DNA of 59,999 nucleotides, filler included, from Sphacelaria rigidula (taxonomy: Eukaryota), in NCBI GenBank assembly GCA_964200075.2. It is 10 parts of 10 records of this genome, joined end to end, with 100 filler letters (N's around TTAATTAATTAA, not from the genome) between each part and the next. Parts side by side here need not be neighbours in the genome. Positions count along the whole stretch, not along the records: positions 18,032 to 23,941 come from CAXNAA020023561.1; positions 24,042 to 29,951 come from CAXNAA020023562.1; positions 30,052 to 35,961 come from CAXNAA020023563.1; 7 more parts are not named here. One strand, 5' to 3'. Below, one piece after another: positions 21,720 through 34,835 of this stretch. A program made the position numbers and the translations under genes. Within the stretch, counting starts at the first letter, position 1. Each line of letters opens with the position of its first letter. The notes beneath the pieces were generated by a model. That model searched no databases and was not told the origin of the DNA. It saw nothing but the letters and a program-made list of their open reading frames with translations.

Positions 21720-22339
21720 GTGTGTAGGTGGTAACCACAAAAGCCAAAGCTTCTCACTCGTTGTGACCACAAAAAGCGTCGACATCAGATGCCGAGTACG
21801 GAGTACTACGCAGACATCGGAACATTTTTTGCTGTGAAAACAACAAAAACTCGGCGTAGCGCGTAGGGAGCGTGTGGGAACGCAATGGACTTGAAGCTGG
21901 TGAGCCTCGCGAGTGCGAAACTCATGACAAGGAACGGACTGACAGATAAGGGGTGCGGTGTGCGCACCCTGACCGAGGGGTATGACCACGGCCCGGACTG
22001 TAGGTTGGAGTATGACAGTACTGTGGTTGACAGGCCCGGGATCATGGTCCGGGTTGAGGACGGCCCTGGGTTGTCCGTAAGCGGGTCCGGTCACACAGGA
22101 GGGGGCAATCACATATTGTAGTAGTGGTTTTCACGATGTTAATCGCAGGACAAAATAGGCGCACTCTACCCAAACGAAGCTTATGAAGCACCTATCAGCA
22201 TCGTCCCAAAATGACCTCCGCCGAATATATTCTGGAATAAAAACACAAGAAGTAGCAGTAGAAATGGTAGTGGTGGTGGCAACACCATCAGCTGCAGAAG
22301 CAACAACAGCCGCAGAGGTAAAAGAGTCCGGAAACTCAC

Positions 22340-22521
22340 CCCAGCCCGCCGAAATAGAACGACATGAGCCTGAAGAAGTCCAAGCGGTCGCCAAGGCGGT
22401 TCACGTCTCTCGACAACGTCTGCTCCGCGGCTCCCTGAGACAACTTAGCCTCGAACTTGTAGATCTGCTGCATGCCCACGTCGCGACCCTTGCCCACCTG
22501 GATGTACTCACTGAAGTGGAC
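22340..22521 (-). CDS. FKS1: 1,3-beta-glucan (callose) synthase, GT48 family, exon B
   Basis: ccag|VHFSEYIQVGKGRDVGMQQIYKFEAKLSQGAAEQTLSRDVNRLGDRLDFFRLMSFYFGGL(GG)|gtgag. Contains the hallmark EYxQVGKGRDVG...FExK...GxxEQxLSRD motif. Confidence 0.96.
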
Positions 22522-22871
22522 CTGGCAAACAAGTGAATGAGGAATAACAACAGAAGAACAGTGAAACAGCGAGGCAACGTGTGTGTATGTATGTACTGAA
22601 GCATACGTAGCACGATGTATCCTATTATTTGGCGAGTGAAAAAAACGGTGAAACAAAAAAACACGATAACTCACATCAATTTTGACACACCTACAACACG
22701 GCACAAAAATATCAAACGAAGGCCGAGATCAAACCTTTACAGCAGATATGGTGGGCAGCATGTATGGTACGAATCCCGCATAAATACTACTTCAAAAGTA
22801 ATAACAAGATGCATCTGCAAGTCTTCGACAGACGCTTGCCGCGGCTGTGTGTGTCCCTCTCCTGTCGTCAC

Positions 22872-22973
22872 CTTGCCACCTCGAATGGTTCCGTTGTAGC
22901 CAGCAAAGATATCCTCCGACAGATTGATACCCTTGGAGGCCTTGCTGATGCCACCCGCAGTCATGTAGAAGAC
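22872..22973 (-). CDS. FKS1: 1,3-beta-glucan (callose) synthase, GT48 family, exon A
   Basis: acag|VFYMTAGGISKASKGINLSEDIFAGYNGTIRGGK|gtga. Contains the hallmark GGxSKASKxINLSEDIFAG motif; phase 0 into exon B. Confidence 0.96.
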
Positions 22974-24041
22974 CTGTTCGTTTCGTTCACCGGTACGTGG
23001 TATACAGGGAAGGAAAAAAAAAAAGGCTCCGTCACACAATGCCATCGTGGAAATGCTTCCCTAGCCCAACGGCGAATGCTCGAATACACGAAACAGGTTT
23101 TCGACGTTACAGCGTACGATCCGTCAAGCACAGACACAACGATACACCCACTCCGTACAAATCCCCAGGGAAACATGAAATAAAAAAAAACGGGTTCTCG
23201 AGTGTACGGGTGAATGTGCCCAGTATCATCATGCATGGTAGCAGTACCTTCACGAGTAGATCGGGATCACAGGTGGGGTTTCGGAGCTGTACCACCGAGC
23301 ACGATCGAATGAACCAACATGCATTTCCTCGTGGTTTATGCCGACCCCGCTATCGCAAATCTCATTGCCACATTTTCATACGTCGCAAACGGACACCGTT
23401 TTTTCCTCCCCCCTGTTTGTCATGTTTTGGTCTATTCTGCTCTGCCCTGCCCTGCCCTGCTCTGCTCTGTCTGTGTTTTCTCCTTCATCTTTGTCCTCCT
23501 CGAGATAGTTCCCCGTAGAGAGTGTTCCGTTTTTAATACACCTTGCGTACAGTACTTCCATCTTGTTTACCACGGCGGGATTTCTTGGAGATTAGTTCGC
23601 GTGCGACAATCAATCAAACAACTCAAATCTATCCAAGAATCGGATCATCAGAGCCTTGGTGACATCATGCAATCATGACACCGACACGAGGGTCCAGATT
23701 AGCTGTACCACAACTTCTTTGCCGTCACTCCTTGGCCACGACATGCCACGGGTCGACTGTAGTGAACGCTCAAGCATATCACATGTAAAACAACTGTTGT
23801 CGGCTACAAACAAGATCACAGGTGCCCAGGGTTCGGGTACTGCGGACTTATATATCCACGTTGATATGGGGGAGGGGGGTGTACTCATGATCATGCATGC
23901 CACAGTCATAAGACCATTGACCTCGCATCCCTACCAAGCCGNNNNNNNNNNNNNNNNNNNNNNNNNNNNNNNNNNNNNNNNNNNNTTAATTAATTAANNN
24001 NNNNNNNNNNNNNNNNNNNNNNNNNNNNNNNNNNNNNNNNN

Positions 24042-27000
24042 AACGTGCGGGTTCCTGATCCGGCCATAAAGGTGCACTGCTGGTCTCGGTCGTGTCGGGA
24101 ATCCGATCGTGGACGTCAGGGCAGGAGGACCGAAAGGTGAGCCCTGGCGAGTACTCTCGCTCTCTATTCAAGGTGCACCCGGTAGGAACAACTAGCCACA
24201 GGTCGATATTCGGGTTCCTGTCACGGTCTGAGGGGTGCACTGCTGGATGTCATTCGTGTCGGAGATCACGTCTCGGACGTTAGGACACGAGGATCGAGCA
24301 TTGAGCGGTAGCAAGTACTTCTGCTCTCTATCCGTGATACACGTGGTAGAGATCACTTGCGACAGGTGAACAACAGTCTGTCTGTCCCTCGCAGAAGAGG
24401 AGGCAAATATCGTTCGTGTCGGGGATCGGGTGGCGGTGGTCAGGGCACGAGGGTCGAGAGTTGACCCCTGGCCAGTAGATCTGCTCCCTATCGGAAGCAC
24501 ACTTCGGAGTGATCACTTGCCACAGGTCAACGTGCGGCTCCCTCATCCGGTCATAAAGGTGCACCGCTGGTCTCGGTCGTGTCGGGAACCCGATCGTGAA
24601 GGTCAGGGCAGGAGGGCCGACAAGTGTGTCTCGGCAAGTACCTCCGCTCCCTATCCAACGTACGCCCGTAGGAAGCAACTGGCCAGAGGTCGATATTTGG
24701 GTTCCTGTCCCGGCCAGAGGGGTGCACTGCTGGATGTCATTCGTGTAGGAGATCAGGTCTCGGACGTCAGGGCAGGAGGGTCGAGAGTTGACCCCTGGCC
24801 AGTAGATTTGCCTCTATCAAAAGCACACTTCGGAGTGATCACTTGCCACAGGTCAACGTGCGGCTTCCTGATCCGGCCATAAAGGTGCACTGCTGGTCTC
24901 GGTCGTGTCGGTAATCCGATCGTGAAGGTCAGGGCAGGAGGGCCGACAAGTGTGTCTCGGCAAGTTCCTCCGCTCCCTATCCAACGTACACCCGGTAGAA
25001 GCAACTGGCCAGAGGTCGATGTTCGGCTCCCTGTCCCGGCCAGAGGGGTGCACTGCTGGATGTCATTCGTGTAGGAGATCAGGTCTCGGACGTCAGGGCA
25101 CGAGGGTCGAGAGTTGACCCCTGGCCAGTGGATTTGCCTCTGTCAAAAGCACACTTCGGAGTGATCACTCGCCACAGGTCAACGTGCGGCTTCCTGATCC
25201 GGCCATAAAGGTGCACTGCCGGTCTCGGTCGTGTCGGGAACCCGATCTTGGACGTCAGGGCAGGAGGGCCGACAAGTGTGTCTCGGCAAGTTCCTCCGCT
25301 CCCTATCCAACGTACACCCGGTAGAAGCAACTGGCCACAGGTCTATATTCGGCGCCCTGTCCCGGCCAGAGGGGTGCACTGCTGGATGTCATTCGTGTAG
25401 GAGATCAGGTCTCGGACGTCAGGGCACGAGGATCGAGAGTTGACCCCTGGCCAGTAGATTTGCTCCCTATAAAAAGCACACTTTGGAGTGATCGCCTCTA
25501 CAGGTCAACGTGCGGCTTCCTGATCCGGCCATAGAGGTGCACTGCTGGTCTCGGTCGTGTCGGGAACCCGATCTTGGACGTCAGGGCAGGAGGGCCGACA
25601 AGTGTGTCTCGGCAAGTACCTCCGCTCCCTATCCAACGTACACCCGGTAGAAGCAACTGGCCACAGGTCGATATTCGGCGCCCTGTCCCGGCCAGAAGGG
25701 TGCACTGCTGGATGTCATTCGTGTAGGAGATCAGGTCTTGCACGTCAGGGCACGAGGGTCGAGAGTTGATCCCTGGCCAGTAGATTTGCTCCCCATAAAA
25801 AGCACACTTCGGAGTGATCGCCTCTACAGGTCAACGTGCGGCTTCCTGATCCGGCCATAAAGGTGCACTGCTGGTCTCGGTCGCGTCGCGGATCCGATCT
25901 TGGACGTCAAGGCAGGGGGGCCAAAAGGTGAGCCCTGGCAAGTACTCTCGCTCTCTATTCAAGGTGCAGCCGGTAGGGACAACTGGCCACCGGTCGATAT
26001 TCCGGTTACTGTTCCGGCCAGAGGGGTGCACTGCTGGATGTCATTCGTGTAGGAGATCAGGTCTTGGACGTCAGGGCACGAGGGTCTAGAGTTTACCCCC
26101 GGCCAGTAGATCTTCTTTCTATATAAGCACACGTCGTAGTTATCACCTCTACAGGTCAACGTGCGGCTTCCTGATCCGGCCATAAGGTGCACTGCTGGTC
26201 TCGGTCGTGTCGGGAATCCGATCGTGGACGTCAGGGCAGGAGGGCCGACAAGTGTGTCTTGGCAAGTACCTCCGCTCCCCATCCAACGTACGCCCGGTAA
26301 AAGCAACTGGCCACAGGTCGATATTTGGGTTACTGTTCCGGCCAGAGGGGTGCACCGCTGGATGTCATTCGTGTCGGACATCAGATCTCGGACGTCAGGG
26401 CACGAGGGTCGAGAGTTGACCCCTGGCCAGTAGATCTGCTCCCTATCGGAAACACACTTTGGAGTGATCACTTGCCACAGGTCAACGTGCGGGTTCCTGA
26501 TCCGGCCATAAAGGTGCACTGCTGGTCTCGGTCGTGTCGGGAATCTCATCTTGGACGTCAGAGAAGGAGGGCCGGAAGGTGAGCCCTCGCAAGTACCTCC
26601 GCTCTCTATTCAACGTACACCCGGTAGGAACAACTGGTCACAGGTCGATATTCGGGTTCCTGTCCCTGCTGGAGGGGTGCACTGCTGGATGTCAATAGCG
26701 TCGGAGATCAGGTCTCGGATGTTAGGACACGAGGATCGAGCATTAAGCGGTAGCAAGCAGGTTTGCTCTCTATCCGTGATACACGTGGTGGTAATCACTT
26801 GCGACAGGTGAACAACCGTCTGTCTGTCCCCCGCAGAAGAGGAGGCTAATATCGTTCGTGTAGGGGACCGGGCCTTGGAGGTCAAGGCACGAGGGTCGAG
26901 AGTTGACCCCTGGCCAGTAGATCTGCTCCCTATCGGAAACACACTTCGGAGTGATCACTCGCCACAGGTCAACGTGCGGCTCCCTGATCCGGCCAGAATG

Positions 27001-29951
27001 GTGCACTGCTGATCTCGGTCGTGTCGGGAATCCGATCGTGGACGTCAGAGCAGGAGGACTGAAAGGTTAGCCCTGGCGAGTACTCTCGCTCTCTATTCAA
27101 GGTGCACCCGGTAGGAACAACTGGCCACAGGTCGATATTCGGCTCCCTGTCCCGGTCAGAGGGGTGCACTGCTGGGTGTCATTCGTGTCGGAGATCAGGT
27201 CTCGGACGTCAGGACACGAGGATCGAGGATTGAGCGGTAGCAAGTAGGTTTGCTCCCTATCCGTGATACACGTGGTAGTAATCACTTGCGACAGGTGAAC
27301 AACCGTCTGTCTGTCCCCCGCAGAAGAGGAGGCAAATATCGTTCGTGTCGGGGATCGGGTTCCGGAGGTCAGGGCCCGAGGGTCGAGTTGACCCCTGGCC
27401 AGTAGATCTGCTCCCCATCGGAAACACACTTTGGAGTGATCACTCGCCACAGGTCAGCGTGCGGTTCCCTGATCCGGCCAGAAAGGTGCACTGCTGGCCT
27501 CGGTCGTGTCGGGGATCCGATCGTGGACGTCAGAGCAGGAGGGTCGGAAGGTGAGCCCTGGCAAGTACTTCCGCTCTCTAATCAACGTACACCCGGTAGG
27601 AACAACTGGCCACAGGTCGATATTCGGCTCCTTGTCCCGGGCAGAGAGGTGCACTGCTGGATGTCATTAGTGTCGGAGATCAGGTCTTGGACATCAGGGC
27701 ACGAGGGTCGAGAGTTGACCCCTGGCCAGTAGATCCGCTCCCTATCGAAAACACACTTTGGAGTGATCACTTGCCACAGGTCAACGTGCGGCTTTCTGAT
27801 TCGTCGAGAAAGGCGCACTGCTGGTCTCGGTCGTGTCGGGGATCCGATCGTGGACGTCAGAGCAGGAGGGCCGAAAGGTGAGCCCTGGCAAGAACTTTGG
27901 CTCTTTATTCAACGTACACCCGGGAGAAGCAACTGGCCACAGGTCGATATTCGTGTCCCCGCCCCGGCCAAAGGGGTGTACTGCTGGATGTCATTCGTGT
28001 CGAAGATCAGGCCTCGGACATCAGGGCACGAGGGTCGAGAGTTGACCCCTGGCCAGTAGATCTGCTCCCTATCGAAAGCACACCATGTAGTGATCACTTG
28101 CCACAGGTTAACTTTCGGCTCCCTGATCCGGCCAGAGAGGTGCACTGCTGGTCTCGGTCGTGTATGAAATCCGATCTTGGACGTCAGGGCAGGAGGACCG
28201 AAAGGTGAGCCCTGGCAAGTACTTCCGTTCTCTATTCAAGGTACACGCGGTAAGAACAACTGGCTACGAATCATTTTTTTGGTCGCTGTCCCGGCCCGAG
28301 GGGTTCACCGTTGGATGTCATTTGTGTCGGAGATCAGGTCTCGGACGTTAGGACACGAGGATCGAGGATTGAGCGGTAGCAAGTAGTTTTGCTCCCTATC
28401 CGTGATACACGTGGTAGTGATCACTTGCCACTGGTGAACAACCGTCCATCTGTCCCTTGCCGAAGAGGAGGCAAATATCGTTCGTGTCGGGCATCGGGCC
28501 TTGGAGGTCAGGGCACGGGTCGAGAGTTGACCCCTGGCCAGTAGATCTGCTCCCTATCAAAAACACACTTTGTACTGATCACTTGCCACAGGTCAACGTG
28601 CGGGTTCCTGATCCGGCCAGGAAGGCGTGATCCTTTGCGGGTAACGCTGCTCTCTATTCGTGTTACACCGAGTAGGAATTACTTGCTACAGGTGAACATG
28701 CGGTTCTTAGCCCCCGCCAGTAGGGTGCACTGCTGGATGTCGTTCGTATCGGGGATGACGCCTTGGAGGTCAGGGCATGAGGACCGAGAGTTGACCCTTG
28801 GCAAGAAGTTCTGCTCTCTATCGGAGGTACACTTGGTACAGGTCACTTGCAACAAGTCGATATGCTGCTCCCCGCCCCGGCCAGGAGGGTGCACTTTTAG
28901 GTGGCGTTCGTGTCGGGGATCAGGTCTTGGGGATCAGGATACAAGGGCCCAAACGTTGACCGCCGGCAAGTAGCTCTGCTCGCTATTCGTGGTACACCTG
29001 GTAGGGATTACTTGCCACAGGTCAACATGCGGCCCCCCGCCCCGGCCAGGAGGGTGCACTGTAGGATGTTGCTCGTGTCGGAGGTCAGGCTTGAAGGTCA
29101 AGGCACGAGGGTCGAAAGTTTATCCCTGGCAAGTAGTCTTGCTCTCTATTCGTCGTACACCTGGTAGTAATTACTTGCCACAGGTCAACATTCGGCTGCC
29201 CACCCCGGCCAGGAGAGTGCACTGCTGGATGTCGGTCGTGTCGGAGATCAGGCTTCGGAGGTCAGGACACGAGGGCCGAGAGTTGACCCCTGGCAAGTAG
29301 ACTTGCTCTCTATTTGTCGTACACCTGATAGTAATTACTTGCCACAGGTCAACATTCGGCTGCCCACCCTTGGCAGGAAGGTGCACTGTTGGATGTGGTT
29401 CGTGTCGGGGATCATGTCTTGGAGCTCAGGGCACGAGGGTCGAGAGTTGACCCCTTGCAAGTAGTTCTGCTCTCTATTCGTCGTACACCTGGTTGTAATT
29501 ACTTGCCACAGGTCAGCATTCTGCTGCCCACCCTTGCCAGGAGAGTGCACTGTTAGATGTCGTTCGTGTCGGGGATCATGTCTTGGAGGTCACGGCACGA
29601 GGGCCGAGATTTGACCCCTTGCAAGTTGTTCTGCTCTCTATTCGTCGTACACCTGGTTGTAATCACTTGCCACAGGTCAGCATTCGGCTGCCCACCCTGG
29701 CCAGAAGAGTGCACTGTTGGATGTCGTTTGTGTCGGAGATCATGTCTTGGATGTTAGGACACGAGGATCGAGGATTGAGCGGTAGCAAGTAGGTTTGCTC
29801 CTATCCGTGATACACGTGGTAGTGAACACTTGCCACTGGTGAACAACCGTCTGTCTGTCCCCCGCCGAAGAGGAGGCAAATATCGTTCGTGTCGGGCATC
29901 GGGCCTTGGAGGTCAGGGCACGAGGGTCGAGAGTTGACCCCTGGCCAGTAG
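24042..29951. repeat. GC-rich ~163-164-bp satellite array with higher-order repeats (whole contig, ~36 monomers)
   Basis: Anchor CCACAGGT recurs every ~161-165 nt. Near-identical ORFs in the track recur at periods 326, 327 and 164. Confidence 0.96.
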
Positions 29952-30602
29952 NNNNNNNNNNNNNNNNNNNNNNNNNNNNNNNNNNNNNNNNNNNNTTAAT
30001 TAATTAANNNNNNNNNNNNNNNNNNNNNNNNNNNNNNNNNNNNNNNNNNNNGCGGTCAATGGTCAAACGACTAAGGCAAGCAACACATGAGAACCCCCCC
30101 CCCCCCCCCATGACTATGGCATGCATGATCATGAGTACATCCCCCCTCCCCCCCCCAGGTTGTCAGCCAAACTGGTGTATCAGCGCTAGGCCGGGCTTTT
30201 GGTTGATTCGAATCCCGACAATAGAGCCCACGGCTTCTCCTTTACGCCTCCTGAAAATCCCATGATGGACCAGGTTTGGCACAAATGAAAAGAATCCGAG
30301 GAACGTCGACAGGCTACGGGAGTCCAATGGTTCATTACCTATAATCCAATACTTGATCATGAACCGCGAGGTAAGTGTCGAGGGACAGAGATGGATTGAT
30401 CCCTCTTAGATTGTCCATCTCGTCGCGGGCAAGAGGGGGGCATGGGAGGGGGAGAACGGCAAGGAAAAAACTGAGAGAGAGAAATATGCGACTGGTGCGT
30501 GACCCAGGCGACTGAATGTAAGCACGGCAATACCTCTGAAGGTTTTGTGAACGGTGCTCCGCTATTTTTATGCACAATGCTTGCTGGGTTGCATTGATTC
30601 AG

Positions 30603-30711
30603 GAGACGGCCGGCGAGTCACCTGGTTCGCCGGCGGCAGACGGAATACGCGTCAGCGCAGGCGACGGAAACAACAACAGCGATGGCGGCAAGGCCTCGAA
30701 GGGCAATGACG
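30603..30711 (+). CDS. Putative internal exon 1 of an unknown Gly/Asp/Ala-rich protein
   Basis: ttcag|ETAGESPGSPAADGIRVSAGDGNNNSDGGKASKGND+G|gtacgt; phase matches the next exon. Confidence 0.6.
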
Positions 30712-31473
30712 GTACGTTGGTATCCGCTTGACTCTCTCAATCGCCCATTGCTTGGTCGATTGGTTGATTGACCGATCGATGAAGATTGCCTTTTCGTCCA
30801 CGTACCCGACGTGAATCAAGTCGGTGCCAAGAGGTAAACGGCGAGAGAGAATAGCCCTTGTTCTAGGAGAGTGTAGATGGTGACGGCGCGTTGTAAACTG
30901 TGGATGGAGGATGAATCATTCCCGAGGAAATGTCGATGTGCTGTGTACTGTGAATGGAAAGTACACAGAAGCGTATTGTCGCAATTTGGATGAGAGGGAA
31001 TATTATGTCGGAAGATGACACCTGTGGGCTCGCGGGCAGCAGTTGAGTCTTCCGCATTTCCTGCAGTTTCTCGACGACAATACCGTACACATTATCTATG
31101 ACGGGTTTTCAAAATTATCAGACAGCTCGCGGGAAGTTTGAATTCTTCGTACCTCTAAATAGATTCAAGGAGAATTCTCTGATGTGCTTCTATATCAGCA
31201 GTTTTGTGTCTATTGTTATTATCTTTACCGCCGTCGCCATTGTTATTTTTTGTGTTAGCGTTAAGAATGCCATCAACATCACGATCATCATCATCATCAT
31301 CATCATCATCACCATCATCATCACCCTCATCACCATCACCATTATCATCATTGCTGTCACGACTGCCGTTGTATCATGACCACATCCATTGCAATCTCAA
31401 GTGTAGGTATTGGAATTATTATTATTACTAGTATCACTGCAACGTCCCACATTTATGTTCCCCTGTCTTGCAG

Positions 31474-31576
31474 ACAACGGCATATCGGACAAGGTGCCGT
31501 CGATTCGCGTGTACAGCATTCCTAGCGAAAAGGCGGTCGGCGGAGTCACGGAAGACGAACATGGCATTCGTGTCAG
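31474..31576 (+). CDS. Putative internal exon 2 of the same unknown protein
   Basis: ctgtcttgcag|(D)NGISDKVPSIRVYSIPSEKAVGGVTEDEHGIRV+AG|gtgcct; phases match both neighbours. Confidence 0.62.
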
Positions 31577-34500
31577 GTGCCTTGTCATTTTCCATAGTCC
31601 TCACTACCTAGTTTATACCGTACTCGTGTAAAAGCATGGAAGAGTTACACGATGAAACGTAGTTCCGCTCCGAGAATCGTGGATGATGACGTCAGCCGCC
31701 GAACCAAGTTGTTTCGACCAATCAAAATGGTGTCGTCCTCTTCTTTTGTCATTTACAGACCCTTCTTGGACTCAGAACAAGGCCACAAGACTGCTCCAAG
31801 GGCTTCCTCCCTCACTAGGGTTTGGAGACTTCGAGACAAATGTTGTTCACAAAACACAGTCTTCGTTATCGGAAGTAACCTGCTGCACCTCCGTAGATAC
31901 ATATAATGTCAAGCAGTCAAAGTCATACTCCAGAGAATATCCCATGACCAAATATCATAACGTAAACCTCATATCCACATCTCCTGCACCTACCTGCAGC
32001 TCATCATGCACCTGTACGTGTACTAGAGGTGGACAACTCTACACATTGCAACAGCTGCGTGTCATATTCTCCTTCCCATATTTTCTCTCGATCGACTTCA
32101 ATGAGTGCGAACTCGATTACACCAGTAGTTGCGGAGTCGCCAACACTCTCTGTAGACGGCGGGGACCCCGCTCCTACGGCCGACCGCTTGAAGGGTGGCG
32201 CCTACTGTAAGGTTAGTATGATGGTTCTTCGGAATGCGACATGAACCCCACGTACCAGTACCCTGCGCGTTCGGTAAGTCCACTTCGACAGGGTCATAAG
32301 CCTGGTGTTTCCGAACGACACGAACGTTCTTAACCGCCCTCTACGCGAGTTTTGTGTGGAAAATGCTCACAGCTATTCGCATTGGGTGTGCTAATCCCAC
32401 CACCAGGTCTGGATTCGCAATAGGTCAGGCGACGCGAGGCAAATAAATCAAGAAGTTGATCCGCCAATCAATCGAATGATGCCGCGATTGCTCCCCCCCG
32501 CCCCACCCCAAACCAGCCCTATTGTTCTGTCTCGAGAGGAATGCGTGGTCAATGGTCAAACGACTAAAGCAAGCAACCAATAAGTACGCCCCTTCCCCCC
32601 TCCCCCCCCCAAATCAGCCCCAAATCAGCCCCAAATCAGCCCCAAATCAGCCCCAAATCTGCCACGAAGAGAATGGCCATACAGCGCATACAGTTGATTT
32701 CCGACTGTATCAAACGCTTCACATGGGCGACATTGGCGAAAACGGTCCCAGACGTATGGGTTCCCAGCAGCTCGGTGTGCTCGGCGTTTACAATCATGGA
32801 TCCGCATGTGGATTTTGGCTCCTCAAACCGACAACTTTTCTGAAGGGGGGGGGAGGGGGGGGGCTATCGTGGCATGACCATCATATCATCACACACCGGC
32901 CTTGACGTGAACGACCCATCGTGCACTGTAGCAGAGGATTTTTTCCGAACCTTCATTAAATCTTTAAAGCTCACCTTTCCTCGGCACGAGTCCTCGGTCT
33001 CGAGAGAATGAAGATCCCATCTCTCCATCTCTCCATCTCTCCATCTCTCCCGCGGTACACACCTTTACATATTGGGCACTGCATCGTGGGTTGGAAAAGC
33101 ACTTCCACCCGCAACCGCATGGGCTCTCGCCAAGATCATGTTCCTCTTTTACTTCTCACGCCTTCAAATTTCGGCGGAAGCCAGATACTGTACTTTTGAA
33201 GGAAACGCCCCAAGTGTATCCGCCAATATTCGAGCCTGCATTCTTCTGCTCCGCTCAAAACGGCGTGAGTGGTACCAGTTACACCAGCGGGGTGTGGCGC
33301 AAACGTGAACGTGGAATTGTATTGGCAGTGCGCGTGTTCGCCCTTATGGATATCGTTACTCCTCTGCCTCGGGGGTCTCTGTCAACCCTTTCCCCCCCTC
33401 CGTTCAGTCAAGTCGTTGCTGTCGTCGATCATTATCCAGAGTGCAAAATCAAGAAATCAGTTGACTCATCACTCCGCATATATATTACACACCGAAAGTG
33501 AAGTGGACGACAGGGTTGATATTGTGCGCGTTCGATGTCAACGGATATTAAAACACCGCCGCCTCAAGGTCCTTCCCCAATATATACACCCTCCTTCCTG
33601 TCTTCTCCGTCTCGGAAGGGATGCGTGGTCTATGGTCAAACGACTAAGGCAAGCAACCCATGAGTACGCCCCCCCCCCCCCTACCCCCCTCCTCTTCCTC
33701 CTGTCCAGTAGGTTTTGTCGTCGTCGGTCATTATCCAGAGTGCTGAATTTTGTTCGCAAGTTCGTGTCTGGGGCTACTTTGTTCCCTCTGCATCAATATC
33801 CATTACCCTACCAAGCATTCCGTGCTTCTATTGACAGGTTGATTGAGTGACTGAGTATCTGAGTAATTGAGTGATTGCCGTCCACTAAGTGATTGATTTA
33901 CGAGGAATCCCCCCTAGGTGTGAAAATGGAGCGAAAGGAACAAGGGCCTGTTTGCTTTTTCCTCAATTCTCCTATTTGTTCGGGGAAAATAAATGTCGTG
34001 CGACATCCGTGAGGGAAAATTTCGTTAGCAGGCCACGCGATAGATCAACGCAAGACTGACGGCAGTTTTCTCCGAAGATCGAGCGTCGCATGTTTTTTTC
34101 ATCATTTTTTTCGGGGGAATCAGACGAAAATTGCAACTTCTCGATAAAGTCGAACAAAAAGCTGAAGATATTGCCCAGTTATAAGATCACTAAGTGAACA
34201 ATAAATCGACCTGCGCGTGACTTAGCGTAATGCTCGTATGCCGAATACCACCCTTCCGTGAGTGAACATGGTCGGGCAATAGGTCCTCGGCTATTTTCGG
34301 CATATTGTGGATACGTGGATTAAATTCCTGCACTCGGGTAGGTGCATCCGTCGGGGGAAATTTCTCTGTGAATGCACCGTAGTATGCTCGTTATTCATGC
34401 CACACGACCGCGTCGGCATTTTGCGTCATATGCACTTCCCCATTAAAGTCAAATGTGCGACAAGAGATAAGCGAGAGTATGCATGTGCTCGCTCCCTTTT

Positions 34501-34606
34501 AGCAGGAAAAGCTTTATCTAGATGCACAAGACGAGAGGTTATCACGCCAGTTGTTGCGTTCACCACGGCGCTATTCCGCGTGTTTCAACTTTCCTTGTCT
34601 TGCCAG

Positions 34607-34835
34607 TGCGACTTCGGACGTTCCAGCGGACACCGCCGCCGGCACTGCTGCTGCTGCTGCTGCTGCTGCAGCCACGGCCGCACGATTCGCGGAGGGAGAT
34701 CGTCAAGCCGGCGGTAGCGGTGTGGGAGGGGAAAACGGCGCAGCTGACGTTTGGGAGTTTACAGAAGAGGATCTGGATAACATTGGAAGTGGTACTAACA
34801 ACTATGGTTCGGACGACGATTGGTCTTATGCCGAG
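34607..34835 (+). CDS. Putative internal exon 3 of the same unknown protein
   Basis: tttccttgtcttgccag|(S)ATSDVPADTAAGTAAAAAAAATAARFAEGDRQAGGSGVGGENGAADVWEFTEEDLDNIGSGTNNYGSDDDWSYAE|gtaaac. Confidence 0.62.

Noticed and set aside
24042..29951. Satellite as a CRISPR array, repeat-protein gene or shuffled-exon array (recurrent CAG|GT)
   Set aside because: There are no unique spacers. Periods 163, 164 and 326 are not multiples of 3, stops recur in all frames, and there are no polypyrimidine tracts.
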